NCBI GenBank assembly: GCA_037441485.1
Contig: JBBISD010000002.1
Span: 2,058-66,057 of the forward strand
From: Burkholderiales bacterium
GTDB lineage: Bacteria > Pseudomonadota > Gammaproteobacteria > Burkholderiales > Burkholderiaceae_F
Direction of reading: 5' to 3'
DNA length: 64,000 nucleotides
Below the pieces are notes generated by a model, which searched no databases, had not been told where the DNA came from, and saw only the letters and a list, made by a program, of their open reading frames with translations. The translations under genes were made by a program, and so were the position numbers. Position 1 is the stretch's first letter, and each line of letters begins with the position of its first letter. Of this stretch, positions 1 to 7,614 are shown in pieces.

Positions 1-2
1 GG

Positions 3-383
3 CAACCCTGGCGCCGCGCGATGTTCGCCGCGGTGCCCGGCGAGCAGCACACGCTGGGCCTGTCGATGATCGTGCAGTACTTCCTGCGTGCCGGCTGGGA
101 CGCATCGATGCTGCCCAGCGCGGCCGGACAGGACCTGCCGCAGCTCGTTCAGCAGGAGCGCGTGGCCCTGGTCGGCCTGTCGATGAGCCGCGCGGAGCAC
201 GCGCCGATCATCAAGGCGCTGATCCGGCGCATCCGCACCGGCTCGTGCAATCCGGCCGTGCGCGTGATGGTCGGTGGCGTGGCGTTTTCCCGCGATGGCG
301 GGCTGGCGGAGCAGGTTGGCGCCGACGGCACCGCCACCGATGCTGCGCAGGCTGTCAATCTAGCTCAACAACTGGTATTGTAA
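3..383 (+). CDS. ppaA: AerR/PpaA cobalamin (B12)-binding antirepressor of PpsR, 5'-truncated by the window edge
   Basis: GEQHTLG (E-x-H-x-x-G) B12-binding motif, LVGLS strand, VMVGG motif; directly upstream of ppsR; frame open to the window start. Confidence 0.88.
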   Translation, partial: QPWRRAMFAAVPGEQHTLGLSMIVQYFLRAGWDASMLPSAAGQDLPQLVQQERVALVGLSMSRAEHAPIIKALIRRIRTGSCNPAVRVMVGGVAFSRDGGLAEQVGADGTATDAAQAVNLAQQLVL

Positions 384-396
384 GCGCTTAAGTATC
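353..396. promoter_or_regulatory. PpsR/CrtJ operator: perfect TGT-N12-ACA at 353-370 plus a degenerate second site 8 bp downstream at 379-396
   Basis: TGTcaatctagctcaACA-actggtat-TGTaagcgcttaagtATC, an AT-rich patch spanning the 3' end of aerR and upstream of ppsR. Confidence 0.7.
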
Positions 397-483
397 CAGT
401 TGACCCTTGGCCGTCCTCGGTCCGTGGCGCCTCGGTCCATGGCCCCGCCGCCGGGGCAACCGTCATAGGGGAAGGAAAGCGCT

Positions 484-1914
484 TTGCCGCAGCCGTTTCG
501 AACGCCGGGGAAGAGCCTTGCCGGCATGGACGCCGATTCTGCCTCGCGGGTGATCTCGGCGGCCGCGGACCTGGCACTGGTGCTCGACGATCGCGGCAAC
601 ATCCGCGATCTCTCCGTCGGCACCGACGAACTGGTCGAGGACGACTTCGGCGGGTGGATCGGCCGTCCCTGGATCGACACGGTCACGGCCGAGAGCCGCC
701 CCAAGATCGAGGCGCTGATGACCGGCGCCCGGCAGTCGCAGGTACCGACCTGGCGCCAGATCAACCACGCCGGCGCGCGTGGCGGCGATATCCCGCTGCT
801 GTATTCCGCGGTCAAGGGCGGCAAGGCCGGCACGGTGATCGCCCTCGGGCGCAGCATGCGCAACGTGGCCGCCCTGCAGCAGCGCCTGGTGCACGCCCAG
901 CAGTCGCTCGAGCGCGACTACGAATTCCTGCGCCAGGCCGAAACGCGCTATCGGATGCTGTTCGACCTGGCGCTCGAGGCCGTGCTCATCCTGGAGGCCG
1001 GGTCGCAGAAGATCGTCGATGCCAACCCGGCGGCCGGCCGCCTGCTGGGTCAGGGCGTGCGTTTCATGATCGGCCGCACCTTCCCCGAGGGTTTCGACGA
1101 GGAGGGCACGCGCGCCATCCAGGACCTGATCGGCGCGATCCGCGTCGCCGGTCGGGCGGGCGAAGTCGTCGTGCAGCTCAACGCCGATGAGCGTCGTTTC
1201 GTCGTGTCGGCCTCGCCCTTCCGCCAGGACAATGCCTCGCACATCCTGCTGCGCCTGGTGCCGCTGGCTGCCAGCGAGCCGGTGAGCGGCGAGGCGGAGC
1301 GCAACCGCCTCACCGCGGTGCTCGAGCGCCTGCCCGACAGTTTCGTGCTCACCGATCCGGGCGGCCGGATCCTCACCGCCAACCGCTCGTTCCTCGATCT
1401 GGTGCAGCTCACGTCCGAGGGGCAGGTCCGCGGCGAGCCGCTCGAGCGCTGGCTCGGACGCTCGGGGGTCGACCTGAGCGTGCTGCTGGCCAATCTCAAG
1501 GAGCACGACTCGATCCGGTTGTTCTCGACGACCGTGCGCGGCGAATATGGCGCGATGTCCGACGTCGAAATCTCCGCGGTTACCGCGCCGGATGCGGATC
1601 CGCCCTGCGTGGCCTTCTCGATCCGCTCGATCGCCCGGCGCCTGCCCGAGCAGGTAATGGGCGCGGGGCGCGAACTGCCGCGCTCGGTCCAGCAGCTCAC
1701 CGAGTTGATCGGCCGCGTGCCCCTCAAGGACGTGGTGCGCGAGACCACCGACGTGATCGAGCGCCTGTGCATCGAGGCCGCGCTCGAGCTCACCGGCGAC
1801 AACCGCGCGTCGGCCGCCGAAATGCTCGGCCTCAGCCGGCAGAGCCTGTACGTCAAGCTGCACCGCTACGGCATCGCCGACACCGCGGCCAGCGGCGCCG
1901 GTTCCGGCCAGTAG
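484..1914 (+). CDS. ppsR: Photosynthesis gene regulator PpsR/CrtJ (N-PAS, Q-linker, two PAS domains, Fis-type HTH)
   Basis: QQRLVHAQQSLERDY Q-helix; canonical C-terminus IERLCIEAALELTGDNRASAAEMLGLSRQSLYVKL including the Cys; TTG start after a purine-rich SD. Confidence 0.95.
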   Translation: MPQPFRTPGKSLAGMDADSASRVISAAADLALVLDDRGNIRDLSVGTDELVEDDFGGWIGRPWIDTVTAESRPKIEALMTGARQSQVPTWRQINHAGARGGDIPLLYSAVKGGKAGTVIALGRSMRNVAALQQRLVHAQQSLERDYEFLRQAETRYRMLFDLALEAVLILEAGSQKIVDANPAAGRLLGQGVRFMIGRTFPEGFDEEGTRAIQDLIGAIRVAGRAGEVVVQLNADERRFVVSASPFRQDNASHILLRLVPLAASEPVSGEAERNRLTAVLERLPDSFVLTDPGGRILTANRSFLDLVQLTSEGQVRGEPLERWLGRSGVDLSVLLANLKEHDSIRLFSTTVRGEYGAMSDVEISAVTAPDADPPCVAFSIRSIARRLPEQVMGAGRELPRSVQQLTELIGRVPLKDVVRETTDVIERLCIEAALELTGDNRASAAEMLGLSRQSLYVKLHRYGIADTAASGAGSGQ

Positions 1915-1951
1915 TCCCCCTTCCGGTTTGCCGGCGCGGCACCGGGACGGG

Positions 1952-1972
1952 CCGTCCCGGGACGGTTTTTTT
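1952..1972 (+). terminator. Probable intrinsic terminator after ppsR
   Basis: ccgtc-ccgg-gacgg hairpin followed by T7. Confidence 0.55.
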
Positions 1973-1982
1973 CGCGCCGTCG

Positions 1983-2026
1983 TGTCAATACAAATTGACA
2001 TTCTCAAGTGTAATGAGTTAGCCTGA
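1983..2026 (+). promoter_or_regulatory. bchG promoter with a PpsR operator overlapping the -35 box
   Basis: TGTCAatacaaatTGACA (1983-2000) is a perfect TGT-N12-ACA; TTGACA at 1995-2000 and TAGCCT at 2019-2024; a degenerate second TGT site starts 8 bp after the first. Confidence 0.8.
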
Positions 2027-2031
2027 TTTCC

Positions 2032-2907
2032 ATGAAAGCCCCGTCGCCGGCCACGGTCCTGGAACTTTTGAAACCTGTCACGTGGTTCCCGCCGATGTGG
2101 GCGTTCGGCTGCGGCGTCGTCTCGGCCGGGGTCTCGGTGGCCGACCACTGGGGGCTCGCGCTGGCGGGCATCGCGGTGGCCGGGCCCATGGTGTGCGGCA
2201 CGAGCCAGGCCGCCAACGACTGGTTCGATCGCAAGGTCGATGCGATCAACGAGCCGCTGCGGCCGATTCCGTCCGGGCGCATACCCGGGCGCTGGGGCCT
2301 GTACATCGCGCTGGCCTGGACGCTGGTGTCGCTGCTGGCCGCCTCGGTGCTGGGCACCTGGGGCTTCGGTGCCGCGATCTTCGGCCTGGTGCTGGCCTGG
2401 GCCTACAGCGCGCCGCCGGTCCGTCTCAAGCAGAACGGCTGGTGGGGCAACGCCGCCTGCGGCCTGTGCTACGAGGGGCTGCCGTGGATCACCGGCTGGG
2501 CGGTGATGGTGGCGGGGGGAACCTCGCCCTGGCGCGTGCTGCCGATCGCCGCGCTCTACAGCATCGGCGCGCACGGCATCATGACCCTGAACGACTTCAA
2601 GTCGGTCGAGGGCGACCGCCAGGTGGGCATCGGTTCGCTGCCGGTGCAGCTGGGCGTCGACCGCGCCGCGCGCGTCGCCTGCGCGGTGATGGCCGGCGCG
2701 CAGCTCGCCGTCATCGCACTGCTCGTGCTGTGGGGCGCGCCGGTCCACGCCGCCTGCGTGGCGCTGGTCCTGGCGGTCCAGGTGGCGCTGATGCGCCGTT
2801 TCCTCAGTGATCCGAGCCGCTACGCGGTTTGGTACAGCGCCATCGGCGTCAGCCTGTACGTATCGGGCATGCTGGTCAGCGCGTTTGCCTTGCGCCAGGG
2901 GGTCTGA
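2032..2907 (+). CDS. bchG: Bacteriochlorophyll synthase
   Basis: LLKPVTWFPPMWAFGCG, NDWFDRKVDAINEPLRPIPSGR, LNDFKSVEGD motifs. Confidence 0.96.
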   Translation: MKAPSPATVLELLKPVTWFPPMWAFGCGVVSAGVSVADHWGLALAGIAVAGPMVCGTSQAANDWFDRKVDAINEPLRPIPSGRIPGRWGLYIALAWTLVSLLAASVLGTWGFGAAIFGLVLAWAYSAPPVRLKQNGWWGNAACGLCYEGLPWITGWAVMVAGGTSPWRVLPIAALYSIGAHGIMTLNDFKSVEGDRQVGIGSLPVQLGVDRAARVACAVMAGAQLAVIALLVLWGAPVHAACVALVLAVQVALMRRFLSDPSRYAVWYSAIGVSLYVSGMLVSAFALRQGV

Positions 2908-2908
2908 G

Positions 2909-4201
2909 ATGCAACCAAGCGATACGAGAACGCCGGCCGCCCGCCGCAGCGACGATGCCGACACCTACGATGCCATCGTCATCGGTGGCGGACCGGCCGG
3001 TGCCACTGCCGCCACCGACCTGGCGCGGCGCGGGCGGCGCGTGGCCATGGTCGACCAGGCCGGGCGCATCAAGCCCTGCGGCGGCGCCATACCGACGGCC
3101 CTCATCGAGGAGTTCGCCATTCCCGACGACCTGCTCGTGGCGCGGGTCACCGCGGCGCGGATGGTCTCGCCGCGGCGCCGCCAGGTCGGCATGCCGATCA
3201 GCGAGGGCTTCGTCGGCATGGTCGATCGCGAGCATTTCGACGAATGGCTGCGACAGCGCGCCGCCACCACAGGGGCCCAGCGCATCACCGCGGCCTTCGA
3301 GCGGGCCGAACGGATCGAACCGGCGTCCGCCGGCCCGGCGCACCCGCCGACACTGCGCGTGCATGTGCGCGAGGCCGACGGCCGCCGGCGGGTGCTGCAG
3401 ACACGTTCGCTCATCGGCGCCGACGGCGCGCGCTCGCGCGTTGCCCAGCAGTGCATCCGCGGCGCGGACAAGGCGCGCTTCGTGTTCGCCTATCACGAGA
3501 TCGTCGCCTCGCCCCAAGCGCTGCCCGCGCCGGCCACGGCCGCGCCGGCGCTGTCTGCCACCGCCCCGGGCGGCTTCGACGGCAAGCGCTGCGACGTCTA
3601 CTACAGCGGCGAGATCTCGCCGGATTTCTATGGCTGGATCTTTCCGCACGGCGCCACGACCAGCGTCGGATCGGGCAGCGCACGCCAGGGATTCTCGGTG
3701 CGCCGCGCCGTCGACGCGCTGCGCGGCGAGGCTGGCCTGGCCGGCGCGGCGACGCTGCGCCGCGAAGGCGCGCCGATCCCGATGCGGCCGCTCGACCGCT
3801 GGGACAACGGCCGCGACGTCGTTCTGGCCGGCGATGCCGCCGGCGTGGTCGCGCCGGCGTCCGGCGAGGGCATCTATTACGCGATGGCCGGCGGCCAGTT
3901 CGCAGCCGAGGCCGTCGAACAGTTCCTCGCCACCGGCAATGCGCGCTGCCTGGCGCAGGCGCGGCGCCAGTTCATGAAGCGGCACGGCCGGGTGTTCTGG
4001 GTGCTCGATATCATGCAGCGCTTCTGGTACTCGAGCGACAAGCGGCGCGAGCGCTTCGTCAGCATCTGCGCCGATCCCGACGTGCAACAGCTCACCTGGC
4101 AGGCCTACCTGCGCAAGCGCCTGGTGCGCTCGCGGCCGATGGCGCACGTGCGCATCTTCTTCAAGGACCTGGGTCACCTGCTCGGCGTCGTGCGGACGTG
4201 A
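2909..4201 (+). CDS. bchP: Geranylgeranyl reductase
   Basis: GGGPAG FAD motif, KPCGGAIP, GDAAGVVAPASGEGIYYAM; ATG at 2909 directly after the bchG stop. Confidence 0.95.
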   Translation: MQPSDTRTPAARRSDDADTYDAIVIGGGPAGATAATDLARRGRRVAMVDQAGRIKPCGGAIPTALIEEFAIPDDLLVARVTAARMVSPRRRQVGMPISEGFVGMVDREHFDEWLRQRAATTGAQRITAAFERAERIEPASAGPAHPPTLRVHVREADGRRRVLQTRSLIGADGARSRVAQQCIRGADKARFVFAYHEIVASPQALPAPATAAPALSATAPGGFDGKRCDVYYSGEISPDFYGWIFPHGATTSVGSGSARQGFSVRRAVDALRGEAGLAGAATLRREGAPIPMRPLDRWDNGRDVVLAGDAAGVVAPASGEGIYYAMAGGQFAAEAVEQFLATGNARCLAQARRQFMKRHGRVFWVLDIMQRFWYSSDKRRERFVSICADPDVQQLTWQAYLRKRLVRSRPMAHVRIFFKDLGHLLGVVRT

Positions 4202-4506
4202 AATTGGGGGCGATCGTGTCGCTCGGCAGCCTGATCGACCTGATCCTCGCCGGCGTCGTGCTCGAGGCCCTGGTGCTGCTGGCGGTGCGCCGGCGCAGCG
4301 GGCGCGGACCGGCCCCGGCGGCGCTGCTCGCCAGCCTCGCGGCGGGCGCCAGCCTGATGCTGGCCGTGCGCCTGGCGCTGTCGGCCGATGCCGCGGCGTG
4401 GATCCCGGCCTGCCTGATCGTGTCGCTGCTGGCCCACCTCGCCGACCTGGCGTTGCGCTGGCGGCGCGCTCCCGCACTGGTACCGGGCCGCGTGCCGCAG
4501 CGCTGA
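4198..4506 (+). CDS. Small multi-TM hypothetical membrane protein of photosynthesis clusters
   Basis: GTG start overlaps the bchP stop (GTGA); hydrophobic 102 aa protein with LEAL, LAAG..LMLA and AHLADL.RW segments. Confidence 0.7.
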   Translation: MKLGAIVSLGSLIDLILAGVVLEALVLLAVRRRSGRGPAPAALLASLAAGASLMLAVRLALSADAAAWIPACLIVSLLAHLADLALRWRRAPALVPGRVPQR

Positions 4507-4554
4507 TGCCGCAGCGCCGAGCGGCGCATCGTAGCGCCGGCGGCGCGGCACGCG

Positions 4555-5274
4555 ATGGCCCGGTGGGCGCCGGTATCATGGCCGCAAATGCCAAGCCCTG
4601 CGCACCGCAACGAAGTGCCCGAACGGCTGGATGACGCGCTGCGGACGGGCACGCGCGCGCTGCACGCCATGGTCGAGCGCGCCGGCGTGATGCCGGCGCT
4701 GCTGGGCGGGCGCATCGACCGGCCGACCTACTGCCGGCTGCTGCGCAACCTGGCGGCCATCTACGGCGCGCTCGAGACCGCGCTCGGGCGCCACCGCGCG
4801 CAGCCGCGGCTCGCGGCGCTGGCGCTGCCGGGGCTGGCGCGGGCGCCGGCGCTGGCCGACGATCTGGCGGTACTCCACGGTCCCGACTGGTACGACGCCC
4901 TGCCGGTGCAGCCGGCGGCGCTGCGCTACGTCGCGCGGCTGCAGGACCTCGAGCGCGCGGCGCCCGAACGGCTCGCGGCGCACGCCTACGTGCGTTATCT
5001 GGGCGACCTGAGCGGCGGGCGCATGCTGCGCGCGATCGTCGCGCCCAGCCTGGGATTGGACGCCGCGGCCGGCATGCGCTTCTACGATTTCGGCGACCCG
5101 GACGGCGCGCCGGCGCTGGCGCGGCAGTTCCGCGCCGGGCTGCGCGCGGTCCCGATCGACGCCGCCGGCATCGATGCGCTGGTGCGCGAGGCCCAGTGGA
5201 GCTTTGCCTGCCACGGCGAAATGTTCGAGGAGATCATGGCCGCCGCGGCAATGGCAATGGCCCCTCGTCCGTGA
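4555..5274 (+). CDS. Biliverdin-producing heme oxygenase (HO1/HmuO type); start may be 4588
   Basis: LRTGTRALH proximal His, AHAYVRYLGDLSGG distal helix; adjacent to a bacteriophytochrome gene. Confidence 0.9.
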   Translation: MARWAPVSWPQMPSPAHRNEVPERLDDALRTGTRALHAMVERAGVMPALLGGRIDRPTYCRLLRNLAAIYGALETALGRHRAQPRLAALALPGLARAPALADDLAVLHGPDWYDALPVQPAALRYVARLQDLERAAPERLAAHAYVRYLGDLSGGRMLRAIVAPSLGLDAAAGMRFYDFGDPDGAPALARQFRAGLRAVPIDAAGIDALVREAQWSFACHGEMFEEIMAAAAMAMAPRP

Positions 5275-5343
5275 ATGTCTTGCCAACCCGCACCCCGGCG
5301 CTCTGCCGCGGGAGAGAGCGTACAAGGTCGCAGGGGCCGACGG

Positions 5344-7548
5344 CTAGTCCGGTGCCGCCGCCGCGTGTTCCCGGATGCGCCGGTACAGTGCCGTTGCGCG
5401 CTGGATGGACGCCTCGAGTTCCTCGATCAGCGGCGCCACGGTCGGGGCGCTGGCCGCGTCGGAGATGTCCATCGCCGCCATGCTCGCATTGGCGAACAGC
5501 GCCCCGATCACCTCGTCGCCGGCCGGCGGGCGCTGGGTGTCGGCGCCGGGCATGGCCGGCCCCAGGGCGCCTTGCGACAGCGACTGCTCCAGGTGCTGCA
5601 GCGCGACCGCCGCGCGGCGCCGCTCGGTGCGGTCGAGCACGATCACGATGAAGCCGAGCACCGCGCCGTCGCGGCCCGGCACGACCTCGGCGCGCACGCT
5701 CACCGGCACGCTGCCGCCGTCGGGCCGCGCGATCTGCGCGTCGCCGCGCCAGGACTCGTGCCGGGTGCGCAGGCGGGCCAGCATGACCGCCGCGGCATCG
5801 CGCTCGCAGAACAGCGCGGCCAGCGCGTCGATGCCGTCGCGGGCCGCGTCGGCCAGCGCCGCCGCGCTGCGCCCGGCCAGCGCGCAGAACGGCGGATTGG
5901 CGAAGGATGCCGCGCCCGCGGCGCCTACCACCAGCACCGGTTCGGTGGAACTGGCGATGGTGCCGCGGATCTGCCCAATCTGGTGTTCGGCGATCAGCAG
6001 GCGTACCGCGTTCACCTGGGCGATGATGTCCACCAGGGCCGAGCCGATGGCCTGCGCGAAGAGCAGTTCCTTGCGCGACCAGGGCAGGGCGGTGCCGCGG
6101 ACGATCTCGGACCAGGCGGCGAACGAGCGCCGCGGCGACAGTTCGAGCGGGTCGTCGCGCACCACCGGCTTGGTCGGATCGCCCGCCCACGTGACCGTCT
6201 GCAGCTGCTCCTTGCGGAACCAGACGAGGTAGTCGGGACGGGCATCGGACAGGCGCACCGCCAGCACGCCGCTGGCCGTGGGGGTCAGCGAGGCCAGCGC
6301 CGGGTTCTCGCGCTCGACCGACGAGCACTGGAACAGACCTTCGGCGGCGCGCCCGTCGAACCAGTCGAGCAGGGTCCGCAGTTCGGGCGTCGAGGGCACC
6401 TCGCCGCCGGTGAGGATCTCGCCCTCGTAGTACAGCGCCGCCCCGGTGGCCTCGAGCGGCTGCAGCAGCGTGCGCGGATTGCGGAACAGCGCCAGGCGCC
6501 AGTCGCCCTCGGTGGAGGTGGCCTCGACCAGCCGCTGCTCCAGGCGGCGCACCAGCAGGTCGACCTGGGCGTGGGCGTAGTTCTCGATCGCGGCCAGGCG
6601 GGTGGCGATCGCCTCGGCGAGCATTTCGCACGCGGCGCGCACCGGATAGCGCAGGTTGCGCGGGCTGTCGTGGTGGCAGGCGATCAACCCCCACAGGCGG
6701 CCCTCGCGCACCAGCGAGACCACCAGCGTGGCATTGACGCCCATGTTCTTCAGGTACTGGATGTGCAGCGGCGACATGCTGCGCAGGTAGCACAGCGACA
6801 TGTCGAGTTCGCGGCCCGTATGCGGCTGCAGGCGCGGTTCGACCGGCACCGGCTGGTAGTGCACGTCGACCAGCACGCGCACGCGGGTGCGCAGGTACAG
6901 CTCGCGCGCGCGCTGCGGAATGTCGGACGCCGGGTAGTGGTGCCCGAGCAGCGTGTCCAGGCGCGGATGCCGCGCCTCGGCAACGATCTTGCCGTGCCCG
7001 TCGGGGTCGAATTTGTAGGCCATGACGCGGTCGTAGCCGGTCAGGTCGCGGAAGATCTGCACCACCGCGTCCAGCAGCACGCCCTGGTTGGCAGAGTCGC
7101 CGATGCGCTGCACGGCGGCCGCGATGGTGTCCATCAGGTGCGGGGCGGCGAAGCTGACGGTCTCGGGCCCGTCCGGGTCCGGCGCCAGCGATTCAAGCTC
7201 GAGGATCAGGCCCTGCTCGGGATGGCGGTGGACCGTGCCCTCGAACGCGCTGCCGCTGCCGTCCAGGCGCGTGCGCAGCGGGCGGCTCTCCTCGGGCCCG
7301 AGCCCGGCGGCCGCGCGATGCAGTTCGCCGGCCAGCGCGGTGCCCAGGCGCTCCAGCGGCTGTCCCAGCAGCGCGGTTGCCGGGATGCCGAGGACGGCCG
7401 CGCAGTTGGCGCTGGCCTGGATGACCGTGAAATTGGCCGGTTCGATGACCAGCAGTGCACCATGCGGCTGTATGGACCCGGCAAGGTGGATGAGCTCGCG
7501 CTCGCAATTGCTCAGGTCTGCCTCGCCAAACGCCGGGCTGCTAAGCAA
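5344..7548 (-). CDS. bphP: Bacteriophytochrome, RpBphP1-like (PAS-GAF-PHY-PAS/PAC-HOS, no histidine kinase)
   Basis: N-terminal DLSNCERE biliverdin-binding Cys, GSIQPHG, ASDIP, SPLHIQY, PHY tongue PRRSF, C-terminal PAS plus helical tail; TTG start with GGAG SD. Confidence 0.93.
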   Translation of the reverse strand: MLSSPAFGEADLSNCERELIHLAGSIQPHGALLVIEPANFTVIQASANCAAVLGIPATALLGQPLERLGTALAGELHRAAAGLGPEESRPLRTRLDGSGSAFEGTVHRHPEQGLILELESLAPDPDGPETVSFAAPHLMDTIAAAVQRIGDSANQGVLLDAVVQIFRDLTGYDRVMAYKFDPDGHGKIVAEARHPRLDTLLGHHYPASDIPQRARELYLRTRVRVLVDVHYQPVPVEPRLQPHTGRELDMSLCYLRSMSPLHIQYLKNMGVNATLVVSLVREGRLWGLIACHHDSPRNLRYPVRAACEMLAEAIATRLAAIENYAHAQVDLLVRRLEQRLVEATSTEGDWRLALFRNPRTLLQPLEATGAALYYEGEILTGGEVPSTPELRTLLDWFDGRAAEGLFQCSSVERENPALASLTPTASGVLAVRLSDARPDYLVWFRKEQLQTVTWAGDPTKPVVRDDPLELSPRRSFAAWSEIVRGTALPWSRKELLFAQAIGSALVDIIAQVNAVRLLIAEHQIGQIRGTIASSTEPVLVVGAAGAASFANPPFCALAGRSAAALADAARDGIDALAALFCERDAAAVMLARLRTRHESWRGDAQIARPDGGSVPVSVRAEVVPGRDGAVLGFIVIVLDRTERRRAAVALQHLEQSLSQGALGPAMPGADTQRPPAGDEVIGALFANASMAAMDISDAASAPTVAPLIEELEASIQRATALYRRIREHAAAAPD

Positions 7549-7614
7549 TGGTTTTCTCCGAGCCCGGTGCGCGAAGGATCGCGCGCGCCGGGCGGCAAAT
7601 GCCGGACACGAGGC

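Noticed and set aside
463-2964. 833-aa minus-strand ORF
   Set aside because: Antisense shadow of ppsR and bchG
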